A stretch of DNA of 64,000 nt, taken from positions 1,297 to 65,296 of the forward strand of contig JABHXF010000023.1 in assembly GCA_018657385.1 (NCBI GenBank), given 5' to 3'. The stretch's first letter is position 1. Each line of letters begins with the position of its first letter. This document shows, in pieces, positions 20,682 to 30,721 of this stretch. The stretch is from Candidatus Woesearchaeota archaeon. GTDB taxonomy: Archaea > Nanobdellota > Nanobdellia > Woesearchaeales > DSVV01. The notes below the pieces were generated by a model. That model saw nothing but the letters and a program-made list of their open reading frames with translations, did not search any database and was not told the origin of the DNA. The position numbers and the translations under genes are program-made.

Positions 20682-21434
20682 ATGAATAAAAAAAATATGA
20701 AATATTTAATTGTCATTATTGTTGTTATTATGTTATTATTTATTGGTTGTGCAACCAAACAATATGAATGTCCTAATGGGGATGTTGTAGAGGATATTAC
20801 AACTTGTAATATCAATGGGGAACTTGATGAAACTTCGTCTGAATCAACTACACAACAACAAGAACAATCAACAACACCAGCTGAAACAACTATTTCAGAA
20901 ACAAATAATGGTAATCAATTAACTGATTCTCTTGTAGAAGAACCAATAACAAAAACAATTGGTATTCCACAACTATCATTAACTCAAACACAAAAAGATA
21001 AATTAAATGAATTATTAAATAATAAAAAGTCAATTATTTACCCGCCTATGTTGGGTGTTAATGATCAACTTCCTATTGGTGGCACATATACTTTTGCATA
21101 TGGTATAAAGAATCCAACAGTACTATCAAAAGAGTTTTTTTATTCAATAAAACTTATTGATTCTAAAACTGAATCTTTAAGTAATGCTGGTGCAGATGAT
21201 ACTGTTCTTGATTGGTTTTTACCAAATACTGATTTAGATGCAACATATACTTTAGGGAAAAATGAGATTGTTTATGTCCCTCTTATTGTAGTAATTGGAG
21301 ACAAGATGAATAAAGATGGTAAAAAAACAGTTGATGGTACATATGACTTCAGGGTTACCTCAGAAACTATTGATGGTGTATTTACTGACGACCATCATTA
21401 TACTGATTTTGTTATAAGGGTATCTAATGATTAA
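20682..21434 (+). CDS. Putative lipoprotein/surface protein
   Basis: GAGGTGA RBS before ATG 20682; lipobox-like LLFIG-C; CPNGDVVEDITTC; S/T/Q/E-rich linker; beta-rich C-terminal domain. Confidence 0.65.
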   Translation: MNKKNMKYLIVIIVVIMLLFIGCATKQYECPNGDVVEDITTCNINGELDETSSESTTQQQEQSTTPAETTISETNNGNQLTDSLVEEPITKTIGIPQLSLTQTQKDKLNELLNNKKSIIYPPMLGVNDQLPIGGTYTFAYGIKNPTVLSKEFFYSIKLIDSKTESLSNAGADDTVLDWFLPNTDLDATYTLGKNEIVYVPLIVVIGDKMNKDGKKTVDGTYDFRVTSETIDGVFTDDHHYTDFVIRVSND

Positions 21435-21486
21435 TTTAATTATTTTTAATTATTTTTTAAAATTTTAAAATAAGCGTGGTATTAAA

Positions 21487-22518
21487 ATGGGCATAGCAAT
21501 AAAAGATATTTTAATTTCAAAAGAGATTTCCATTCCTGATCTTAGAAATAAAACTCTTGCAGTTGATTCATTTAATATGTTATATCAATTTCTAACTACA
21601 ATTAGGGCGAGAGATGGTAGTTTATTAACAAATCAAAATGGTGATGTTACTTCACATCTTATTGGGTTGTTTTCTAGGGTAACAAATATGATGGAACAAG
21701 GTTTAAAGTTAGCTTTTGTTTTTGATGGTACGCCTCCACAATTAAAAAGACATGAACAACAAAGAAGGGCAGAACTAAAAAAAGAAGCAAAAAAAGAGTA
21801 TGAAATTGCAAAACAGCGAGAAGATATTGATGGGATGCGTAAATATGCATCAAGGACAACAAAATTAACAAAAGACATGGTTAGCGATGCAAAAGAATTA
21901 ATTTCTTATCTTGGTCTACCAATTATTCAAGCAAAATCAGAAGGGGAAGCACAAGCAGCTTATTTAGTTAAACAAAAACATGCCTTTGCAACTATCAGTC
22001 AAGATTTTGATACATTGTTACATGGTTCTGATTATCTTGTTAGGAATCTATCAATTGCAGGAAAACGAAAAAGAACAAATAAGCTTGGTTATATTACTGT
22101 TAAACCTGAATTAATTAATCTTTCTGATAATCTTAATCACTTAGGTGTTGATCAAGACCAACTAATTGCATTATCAATGTTAATTGGAACAGATTATAAT
22201 ATTGGTGGTATAAAAGGTATTGGTCCTAAAAAAGCAATTACACTTGTCAAACAACATAATAAAGATTACAATGAAATGTTTAAATCAGTTAAATGGAATG
22301 ATTATTTTGATTATGATTGGGAAGATGTTTTTTATTTAATCAAAAATATTCCAATTGAAAAAAACTTTGATATTAAATTTACTTCTCCAGATTTTAATAA
22401 GATTACTGAATTTTTATGTGAAAAACATGGTTTTGAGAAAGAAAGAGTAGAAAAAACCTTAAATAAAATTGCTAATTCAAAAGATATTAAACAAAAAGGC
22501 TTGGGTGACTTTTTCTAA
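21487..22518 (+). CDS. fen: Flap endonuclease 1
   Basis: AVDSFNMLYQFL, FVFDG, EGEAQAA, SQDFD, GTDYN..GIKGIGPKKA; C-terminal PIP box QKGLGDFF. Confidence 0.97.
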   Translation: MGIAIKDILISKEISIPDLRNKTLAVDSFNMLYQFLTTIRARDGSLLTNQNGDVTSHLIGLFSRVTNMMEQGLKLAFVFDGTPPQLKRHEQQRRAELKKEAKKEYEIAKQREDIDGMRKYASRTTKLTKDMVSDAKELISYLGLPIIQAKSEGEAQAAYLVKQKHAFATISQDFDTLLHGSDYLVRNLSIAGKRKRTNKLGYITVKPELINLSDNLNHLGVDQDQLIALSMLIGTDYNIGGIKGIGPKKAITLVKQHNKDYNEMFKSVKWNDYFDYDWEDVFYLIKNIPIEKNFDIKFTSPDFNKITEFLCEKHGFEKERVEKTLNKIANSKDIKQKGLGDFF

Positions 22519-22686
22519 ACAAACATGTCGGAATGACTCCTTTTTATTATATTATTGAATAAACCATATCAAAACCTATATATAATAGTAAATAAATGAA
22601 TCTATTTATATAGCTAAAACTATATATAAAAGATAATATATAATTTAAATTAAAAATACATTAAAAACATAAAAAAAGTGGTGATT

Positions 22687-25600
22687 ATGGCTGAAGACCC
22701 TCAATCAGGAAGATGGCAGACTTTTAAACAAGGTTTTTCTAATTATAGGGCAGAAAAAAAGCAAGCAAAAAATGCAAATAAAGCAAGTGCTGCTAAGATT
22801 AAGGCTGATATGGATGGAGTCAAAGTTGCAAGGATGGATGAAAACGAAAGAAGACAATTACTACAACAACATCAAGAAGATTTAGACAAATTACAGCCAA
22901 AACGAGCATTTCTAAAAAATCTGTCAGGAAAAGGGGGCACAGCTACCAAAGCAGCCACTCTAGGAATAGGTGCTTGGTTGGGTAGTAAGTTTAAGCGAAA
23001 TTCTGAACCTAAGAAATTTCATGATACTGACAAAGTTTGGAAATGGAGATTTTTTTCTTATATTATTTTATGTATTGTTTGGCATTATGGTCTCTTAATA
23101 CAACTAGAAATCCCACCATTTGGAAAAGCTATGTTAAATATTGTTTTTGCGTTAATCACATATTTCTGGGCTGTTCCACAAGAAGAAAGAACAAGTAATC
23201 GCATATGGGAATTTTTAGTAGTTATTTTCATACTTTATTATTCAGTTGAAGTATTAGGAGTTATGTTAGTTGGAATAGCACCTGCTTCAATTGGTGCATT
23301 TATTCATGGTTGGTTATTAAATCCTTTATTGACACCATGGTGGCTTTTTTATGCACTCTTTGTTAGAGTTCAGGGCAGAGCATGGTTAGGTGATATACCT
23401 ACTATTGTTGTTCTTGTTCTTTATATTACAGCAGGGTTAGGTGTTGGTACTTCTCTTGCTGGTACACCCTTACAAAGTCAATTGTCAGAAAAGGGGTTTA
23501 GTCTTGATAGGACACATATTGAGAATTTTAATGATTTTTTAAGCAGAGCTGCTGATTTCTGGAAATATATTTGGGATAATATTGTTAAATCATTCAAGGG
23601 ATTTAAACTATTTTGGTATAAACGTATTGATATAGCCACAGGTGGAGATTATTATACAGGAAGGGTTGAACAAGCAGAAGATGAACCATTGGGTGTAACA
23701 ATAGAAAATGTTAAAACAGCTGATTATGAATTTGAGACTGATGAAAAAATAGTTGTTTATGGTACTATCAAGGCACATACATTAGATGATGGTATTAGAA
23801 TAAAACCTGGTTGTTTTTTAGGTTATAAAAGAGATTATGAAGAAAAATATATTGAAGGGAATGTAAATGTTGGTCCTTCTAACGATTATTTAGTATTTGA
23901 TATGGATGAACAAGATATGGATTGTATTTTACCTCCAACAGCAGAAGTTAAGGCCATATTAGAAAAATCTAAAACAGTTACATTAACTGCAGAATTTAAT
24001 TTTGAAACAATGGCATATCTTAAAACTTATTTCATGTATCAAGATAGATTAAGAAGTTTACAAAGACAAGGTCTTGATCCATTAAATGAATTTGGTATTA
24101 AAGATAATAATCCTACTGCGGTATTTACTAATGGGCCTGTAATGCTTGGTATTGGTACAAAAAAACCACCTTATGGTGTTGCAATTGCAGGTCTTAGTGG
24201 TTCTTCAGATAATTTGTTAAGGGTTGGAGTAACAGTTGATAATAATTATGGTTGGAAAGGTAAGATTAAAAAAATTAATCAAGTAATAATGGTTGTTCCA
24301 GAAGAATTAGAAATTGTTAATTCTGCTTGTAGTCACGTATTTAATAAATATGCTGACTCTACAAACCTAGACTCCTGTGTTAAAGATTATATTGATTATA
24401 ACAGCAGACCATTTATTGAATGTGCAGACAAGGTATGGCAGGAAGGAGGAGATTACTTTGATAAATATGATAAAGAACATTTAGCACAAGCAAAGATTAA
24501 TAATAATGTTAAGACTTGTGTTAGGAAAGTTTGTACAAAAGAGTATGAGGGTTATATTGGCTATGCATTAAATACTGCCTTTTCTAGTAAAGGTTTAGAA
24601 GATATTGAAAATTATAAAACCTTTAGTTGTAACTTTAAAGTAAGACCAGGTACAGAACAAGATTTATTAGGGACAGCACCTGTTTCTGTAAGGTATTTAA
24701 GGGCTAAGGTTAGATATGATTATGAAATTGAAAAGTCCACAAGTGTTAGAATAAAAAAAGACTATAATAAATATGGTTCAGGTATTATGGACCATTCACA
24801 ATCTTTGTATAGTGATCCGCAAAAAATATATGAAACAGTTGGTCAAAAAACATGGAAATCTATTAATAATAATCCGCATGTAGCTGCTGTTGAACCTTGT
24901 TTAGCTATTGCATTACTAATTGAGGCAAGTGGTGGCCAAGAATATTATAATAAAAATGGTCAACAAGGATTATTTACTTTAAGTCCTAAACTAACTAAAA
25001 AAATAGCAGAAAAATTAGGTGATACAAGCCAAAACTTAATGGATATTGATACAAATATTAAGTATGGTATGGAATTATTAAATGATTTAAAAACAGGAAG
25101 TGTAAATTATTTAGGTGCGGACAATACAATTATTCCTGCAAATGAAAATGAGTTGATGATTCTCTTTAAGGAAGCAGTTACAAATGATCAAGTTAAATAT
25201 GATTCAATTAAACCAAGTGTAAAGGAATCATGCAATCAAGAAAAAGCATATCTTTGTAAAGAAGATCCCTTTTATTCTAAATATCATGGTTATGAATTAA
25301 CAATTGAATCTTTAAAAGATTATTGTAAAAAACCTGGAACACAAGCATTATTAGAGAAGGTAAAAGATTTTGATTTAATTAAGGAAGAAAATCCTAATTT
25401 TTGGTCTCCATTTAAGTCAATTAAGGTTACAAAAGAAACAAAAGATGTAAACCCAAGTTTAGATGAAGATTATGAAGTCAAAGTTACAAAAACATTTAGC
25501 GAAGATAAGAAAAAGATTCAAGTTGGGGTAAAATTAATAAAAGATAATAAAGAAAAATTCTCTAAATCTTTTAATCTTAATCAAGAAAATTCTGCAGATA

Positions 25601-25980
25601 CTGCTTGGTATTATGGTGATAAATATCCTTTTATTAGGGCAAGATTAAAATCTGTAAATTTTGAAACAGGTGATGTTGTTATAGATGTTCAAGATTTTGA
25701 ATTTACTATAAAAAAAGTTGAAATACCTTACAATCCAACATCTCTCAAGAAAGATGTATGGGTTGATAGTTCAACTGAAGAAACAATTGTAAGGGCTCTA
25801 TTTAATAAACCTACAAATACTTTGGTATTTTACGATAATGGAAATAATCAACTTTGCACAATCAAATTGACAACTTCAAAAACATGTGCAAATTTACCAG
25901 AAATAAAAGTATATCAACTTAATGATGTTAATGATGACTGGTTTGAAGGTTATGTTGAGTTTAATCCTCAAAAAGAATAA
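22687..25980 (+). CDS. Large polytopic membrane protein with a beta-sandwich domain shared with the three downstream lipoproteins and a degenerate SLT-like domain
   Basis: GGTGA RBS then ATG 22687; basic N-terminal region; ~5 TM helices; AEFNFET...TNGPV...VRYDY motifs; EPCLAIALLIEASGG...GLFTL...LMDIDTNIKYGMELL. Confidence 0.7.
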   Translation: MAEDPQSGRWQTFKQGFSNYRAEKKQAKNANKASAAKIKADMDGVKVARMDENERRQLLQQHQEDLDKLQPKRAFLKNLSGKGGTATKAATLGIGAWLGSKFKRNSEPKKFHDTDKVWKWRFFSYIILCIVWHYGLLIQLEIPPFGKAMLNIVFALITYFWAVPQEERTSNRIWEFLVVIFILYYSVEVLGVMLVGIAPASIGAFIHGWLLNPLLTPWWLFYALFVRVQGRAWLGDIPTIVVLVLYITAGLGVGTSLAGTPLQSQLSEKGFSLDRTHIENFNDFLSRAADFWKYIWDNIVKSFKGFKLFWYKRIDIATGGDYYTGRVEQAEDEPLGVTIENVKTADYEFETDEKIVVYGTIKAHTLDDGIRIKPGCFLGYKRDYEEKYIEGNVNVGPSNDYLVFDMDEQDMDCILPPTAEVKAILEKSKTVTLTAEFNFETMAYLKTYFMYQDRLRSLQRQGLDPLNEFGIKDNNPTAVFTNGPVMLGIGTKKPPYGVAIAGLSGSSDNLLRVGVTVDNNYGWKGKIKKINQVIMVVPEELEIVNSACSHVFNKYADSTNLDSCVKDYIDYNSRPFIECADKVWQEGGDYFDKYDKEHLAQAKINNNVKTCVRKVCTKEYEGYIGYALNTAFSSKGLEDIENYKTFSCNFKVRPGTEQDLLGTAPVSVRYLRAKVRYDYEIEKSTSVRIKKDYNKYGSGIMDHSQSLYSDPQKIYETVGQKTWKSINNNPHVAAVEPCLAIALLIEASGGQEYYNKNGQQGLFTLSPKLTKKIAEKLGDTSQNLMDIDTNIKYGMELLNDLKTGSVNYLGADNTIIPANENELMILFKEAVTNDQVKYDSIKPSVKESCNQEKAYLCKEDPFYSKYHGYELTIESLKDYCKKPGTQALLEKVKDFDLIKEENPNFWSPFKSIKVTKETKDVNPSLDEDYEVKVTKTFSEDKKKIQVGVKLIKDNKEKFSKSFNLNQENSADTAWYYGDKYPFIRARLKSVNFETGDVVIDVQDFEFTIKKVEIPYNPTSLKKDVWVDSSTEETIVRALFNKPTNTLVFYDNGNNQLCTIKLTTSKTCANLPEIKVYQLNDVNDDWFEGYVEFNPQKE

Positions 25981-26019
25981 TAATTAAAATTCAAGTAAAT
26001 AATAAAGAAGATAAATAAG

Positions 26020-27057
26020 ATGGAAAAAAATAAATCAAACAAAAAAGCAATTATAATTGGAGTTTCACAACTCTTACTAGTCTTTATTTTATTATTCATT
26101 ACATCATGTGGTGATGGTGGAGAAACACACACAATTGATTTAGATTTTCATAAGGGTACAAAAGGTGTTGAGTTTGATGTTTTAGGAGTCATGGGTGAGA
26201 TTTACGAAGATACTGCATTTAAAATTATAATTAATGTTTTTAATAATGGTGCTTATGATCTTCCTGAAGCAAATGGTGGTTATGTTAATTTAAATCTTGA
26301 AGAAGATTATATGTGTCTTTCTGATGGCCAGAATTGTTTAACCACACAAAATGCAGGTGCTGCTATTAAACCATTAGGATACCTTAAAGGGAAATCTATT
26401 TTTAATCCATCTGGTGATTTTGAGATTCTTGAATATTATGTTCATGTTAAAGATATTGATAAACAAAGTTTTCAACATACAAGTAATGTTGGTATAAGTT
26501 TATGTTACCAATATCAAACAGATTTAATTACAGATATTTGTATTGATCCTTATTTTTATGAGCAATCAACAATAGAAAAACCATGTGTTGTTAAGGACTT
26601 AACTTTTTCAGGACAAGGTGCCCCATTAGTTGTTACAAAAATTGAAAACAAAATGTTATCTGATGGGAAAGATAGTGTAAGGCCAATGTTTATTATCCAT
26701 GTTTCTAAAACAGGAGATGGAGAAATAATTAATAAGGAAATGGTTAACAAAGTGTGTACAGCAGATCCTCTTGGACCAAATGCTTTTAATGTTGTTCATC
26801 TTCGTGAGCTAGAATTTATGGTTGGTAATACTCTCTATAAACACGACATAAACAATGAAAATTCAAATCTTAAATGTAATTTTTTAAATAAGAAAAGTGA
26901 AACAAAACTTAATCAAGGTAAGGCAAAAATAAAATGCACTGCAATAAAACCAATCAATAAAGATAGTGGTACTTTTTCAACACAATTAAAAATGATATTT
27001 GATTATGGGTATACTTATTCAAAATCAAAATCAGTTGTAATAAAACGTTTATATTAA
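26020..27057 (+). CDS. Putative lipoprotein, paralog 1 of an uncharacterised envelope family
   Basis: LLFITS-C lipobox-like; GTKGV, NNGAYD, CYQYQT, QGAPLVVT, FDYGY. Confidence 0.7.
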   Translation: MEKNKSNKKAIIIGVSQLLLVFILLFITSCGDGGETHTIDLDFHKGTKGVEFDVLGVMGEIYEDTAFKIIINVFNNGAYDLPEANGGYVNLNLEEDYMCLSDGQNCLTTQNAGAAIKPLGYLKGKSIFNPSGDFEILEYYVHVKDIDKQSFQHTSNVGISLCYQYQTDLITDICIDPYFYEQSTIEKPCVVKDLTFSGQGAPLVVTKIENKMLSDGKDSVRPMFIIHVSKTGDGEIINKEMVNKVCTADPLGPNAFNVVHLRELEFMVGNTLYKHDINNENSNLKCNFLNKKSETKLNQGKAKIKCTAIKPINKDSGTFSTQLKMIFDYGYTYSKSKSVVIKRLY

Positions 27058-27106
27058 TTAAATATACCAAATTAAAATTCAAGCAATTCGAAAAAACATA
27101 ATAAAA

Positions 27107-28045
27107 ATGAAGTCAAATAATATCAATTCCACAATTAAAAGATACAATAAATTATTATTGTTATTACTTTTATTAGTTTCAATTTTAATTATTTCATGTA
27201 GTGGCTCTCCTAAACAAGGTGACCTTATGCATGGTAGTAAAGGTATTGAATTAGAAGTGAAATATTTCAAACCAAATCACCAGTTTGTACATGGTGAGTT
27301 TATGAACTTATTTATTGAGGTTATGAACAAAGGAGTTTATGATAACCCTACCGGGTTTATTAAAATAATTGGCCATGATTCAAATGCCATTTCTTTTAAA
27401 GAAACAAAGAAAGATCTTCCATCCCTAGTTGGTAAAAAACCATATATACCAGAAGGGGATTCATTTATTTTAAAATTTGAAGAAACTGCCCCATTAAATG
27501 TTCCTTATGGTTCATCTCATCAATCAAATTTATTAATTTCTGCTTGTTATAATTATCAAACAAATGCAATTGTTACTGTATGTATTCCTACACTTAAAGA
27601 ATATGCAGAAGGTTCACCTGTATGTAAGACTGGAGCAAAAAGCTTATCTTCTCAGGGTGCACCAGTAGCTGTTACATATATTGAACCAAGTGTTGGGGCA
27701 GATGAATTACAATATATTATTCATGTTTCTAATGTTGGAGATGGGGTAATTATTAAAGAGGATATGTTAAGTAATTGCCCATCTGAAATCGGTCCTTCAG
27801 ATATTGATGAAGTCAGAATTGATGTACAAATCTCAGCTTTAGGAACAGCAACATGTACAAATAATAATCTAATCAAGTTATATGATGGTAACGGTGCAAC
27901 AATTTGTAGAATTAAGAAAGGTACAGGTGATGTTAGCTATGAAACTCAAATGGGTATCTTATTAAATTATGCATATACTTCTTCAATAAAAGAAAGTATT
28001 AACATAGTAGATCCATTTTATACTGGTAAGGAGAAATATGAATGA
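27107..28045 (+). CDS. Putative lipoprotein, paralog 2
   Basis: ILIIS-C; GSKGI, NKGVYD, CYNYQT, QGAPVAVT, LNYAY. Confidence 0.7.
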   Translation: MKSNNINSTIKRYNKLLLLLLLLVSILIISCSGSPKQGDLMHGSKGIELEVKYFKPNHQFVHGEFMNLFIEVMNKGVYDNPTGFIKIIGHDSNAISFKETKKDLPSLVGKKPYIPEGDSFILKFEETAPLNVPYGSSHQSNLLISACYNYQTNAIVTVCIPTLKEYAEGSPVCKTGAKSLSSQGAPVAVTYIEPSVGADELQYIIHVSNVGDGVIIKEDMLSNCPSEIGPSDIDEVRIDVQISALGTATCTNNNLIKLYDGNGATICRIKKGTGDVSYETQMGILLNYAYTSSIKESINIVDPFYTGKEKYE

Positions 28046-28256
28046 TTGAAAACCAAGAAAATCCAGTAAAATAATCAAAATTGCCTAATATAACTAAAAT
28101 TAATCAATAATTAACCAAAAACTATATATATAGTTTAACATAATATTTATATACTCACATATAAGATAACATAAATATAATAAAAGTATAATAGTGATAT
28201 TATTTAAAATAACATAACTAAAAAATAATTAAAAAAGAAAAAAGAGGAGGATATAT

Positions 28257-29192
28257 ATGAAAATAATAAAATATTTATTACTAATTTTAGTTTTAATGTC
28301 TTTATTGTTTGTTAGTTGTACAGGCAATAGAAGAGAATCAGGTGTTGCAGCTCCATTCTATGGTGGGAGTGAAGGTTTAATTGGGGAATTTGAAGATATA
28401 GGTTCTTTATTAAGTCAATCTGGTTATCCTGAGATTTGGGAAGACCAAGGTATCCCTATTCAAGTAAGAATTTTTAATAGAGGTGAATATACTCTTCCTT
28501 CAAATTCAGTTCAGTTTAAAATTAAAGGAATTAAAATTCCTGAAGATTTTCAAGGTGCAGAGGCAATGAAGACAAATCTTAATGAAATTGAAAAAGTTTC
28601 TGAGTATCTTACAGAAGGTGGCGATGAATTAGTTGACTTTGGTGAGGCGTATTATGTTAAGGGTGTTAAAGGCACATTTTATGATGCTAATGTTTTTATT
28701 GAATATACTTATCCATATGAACAAACTGTTATTGTTCCTAAAGTTTGTTTTAAAGGAGATCCTTATGATGAAACTATTTGTGAAGTTGATGAATCTAAAC
28801 AAGCCTATATCTCTGGCGGACCATTTCAAATGGGTTCAGTAGTTCAAAGACCTGCTGGTAAAGGTAGAATTAGTCTTGAAATCCCTATTAGAAATGTAGG
28901 TGGTGGAAAAGCTAAGAAAGAAGATAGCATGTTTGAAGACTTCTCTCCTTTATATGATGAGCTAATTATGGAAGTTCCAGATGGTTGGGAATGCTCAGCA
29001 AAAGGTGGCGGCGATACAGTTAGAGTTAATAGAAATGGTGAAACTGTTATCAGATGTAAATATGGTTTTTATGGTGCACCAATCCCAGAAACAGATGTTT
29101 ATACAAGTGCATTTGATTTAAAAGTTTATTACATCTATTGGGACTTTGTATCGCAAACAGTTAGGATCAGGGAAAACCCAGAATTAAATTAA
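28257..29192 (+). CDS. Putative lipoprotein, paralog 3
   Basis: GAGGAGG RBS; LLFVS-C; GSEGL, NRGEY, YTYPYEQ, SGGPFQM, VYYIY. Confidence 0.7.
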   Translation: MKIIKYLLLILVLMSLLFVSCTGNRRESGVAAPFYGGSEGLIGEFEDIGSLLSQSGYPEIWEDQGIPIQVRIFNRGEYTLPSNSVQFKIKGIKIPEDFQGAEAMKTNLNEIEKVSEYLTEGGDELVDFGEAYYVKGVKGTFYDANVFIEYTYPYEQTVIVPKVCFKGDPYDETICEVDESKQAYISGGPFQMGSVVQRPAGKGRISLEIPIRNVGGGKAKKEDSMFEDFSPLYDELIMEVPDGWECSAKGGGDTVRVNRNGETVIRCKYGFYGAPIPETDVYTSAFDLKVYYIYWDFVSQTVRIRENPELN

Positions 29193-29198
29193 TTTTTT

Positions 29199-30668
29199 TT
29201 ATTTATCTTTCTTTTTTTTAATTATTTCTATAGTGCCTTTATTTGCATCAAGTTCAATTAGGTCTCCAGTTTTAATTATAAATGATGCACCCAATGTTCC
29301 AACTATACATGGAATTCCAAATTCTCTACTTATTACTGCAGCATGTGAACAAATACCACCTTCATCAGTAATAATTCCTGATGACTTCTGAATAATCTGG
29401 ACCATAATCGGGGAAGTCATTGTAGTTACGATAATTTCTCCTTTTTGAAATTGTTTACAATCTTTACTAAATTGTTTTAGATCTTTTACATTAACTATCC
29501 TTGCTTTAGCAGTAATTATTCCTCTATTGGCAGGCATCCCTTTTATTGTTTTAGATTTAATTTTTTTATCTTCTTTCTCAATAAACTCATTTTTATGTTT
29601 AACCCCATTAGCTCCAAAATATGTGTTTGTATTATTATTAACATGGTGTAATATAATACTTTTTTTCCTTTCTTTAATTTTGTTTATGTTCAAAGATTTT
29701 CCAGTTTCTAAAAAATAAAAAATGTCTTTAAAAGTATATGTTTTAATAAAATCATTAAATTCTCCACCAATTCTTTTTTGAACTTCTTTTAATAGGTCTA
29801 AACAGAGATATTCTGCTCCACTCCAACAATGTTTTAATCTATATCTAAATATCCCACTTTTTTGTAATATTGTGCTATACTCCTTTAACTTTTTATCATT
29901 AATGATAGAATATATCTCTTCATGCTTTTTTGATACTTTTATCAAATTGTCCTTTATGTTCTTTATTTCTAAATTGATCTCTTTTTCAGTCTTTTTTTCT
30001 TTAAGTTTCTCATACAAATAATCAATCACTTCTTTTTTAGAATATGTATTAAAGAACAATGCAGGGAATTTTCTAGAATAAACTTCAATTTCTTTTTCTG
30101 ATACTTTCTTTTTTTTCATCAGATTAAAAAAATAGATTCTTTCTTCCATTGTAACATCCATCTCTTCTGGTGTACATAAACTAATAAAATAATCCTTAAA
30201 AATTTCATCATTATGAACTTTTTTTCTTATTATTTCTTTAACCTTTTTCTCCAAAAAATAAGTGCTCTCTGGTGTGGAAGTTCCAAAATATATGAATGTT
30301 TTTTTAATATAACTAAAATAATCTGTTAATATTTTTTTAAGTTTCTGGTTTGAAAGATTAGTGAAATCTATCTTTTTTATATCCTCACTGAATTTAAAAA
30401 AAGATTTGATGTGTTTATCTATATCATTAAACAATTTTTTTGTATACTCTTTATTAAAATACTTTTTACCATTATTTCTGAACTCTTTTATGGCTTCTTC
30501 AGGCATATAGTGTTCAAATACACCATCTGATAAGATAAACATGGACTCACTTATATTTGATTTGGTTACTTTTCCTTCATTATTAGTCGCTAGAAGTATC
30601 TGAAAAAGCATAACTTCAGTAATCATCGCAGATTGTTTCTGCCCCCACATAAACTTAAATGATTTCAT
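29199..30668 (-). CDS. Protein with C-terminal PEP-utilising enzyme mobile (phospho-His swivel) domain
   Basis: GEIIVTTMTSP...ITDEGGICSHAAVISREFGIPCIVG...IELDANKG; helical N-terminal part; no ATP-grasp or TIM-barrel domain recognisable. Confidence 0.85.
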   Translation of the reverse strand: MKSFKFMWGQKQSAMITEVMLFQILLATNNEGKVTKSNISESMFILSDGVFEHYMPEEAIKEFRNNGKKYFNKEYTKKLFNDIDKHIKSFFKFSEDIKKIDFTNLSNQKLKKILTDYFSYIKKTFIYFGTSTPESTYFLEKKVKEIIRKKVHNDEIFKDYFISLCTPEEMDVTMEERIYFFNLMKKKKVSEKEIEVYSRKFPALFFNTYSKKEVIDYLYEKLKEKKTEKEINLEIKNIKDNLIKVSKKHEEIYSIINDKKLKEYSTILQKSGIFRYRLKHCWSGAEYLCLDLLKEVQKRIGGEFNDFIKTYTFKDIFYFLETGKSLNINKIKERKKSIILHHVNNNTNTYFGANGVKHKNEFIEKEDKKIKSKTIKGMPANRGIITAKARIVNVKDLKQFSKDCKQFQKGEIIVTTMTSPIMVQIIQKSSGIITDEGGICSHAAVISREFGIPCIVGTLGASFIIKTGDLIELDANKGTIEIIKKKKDK

Positions 30669-30721
30669 TTTCTATTAATCTAGTGGTGCTATTATAAATA
30701 ATTAACTAATCAAAGAATAAA

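Noticed and set aside
29199..30668. Annotation as PEP synthase or pyruvate phosphate dikinase
   Set aside because: Only the swivel domain is present; catalytic domains are missing
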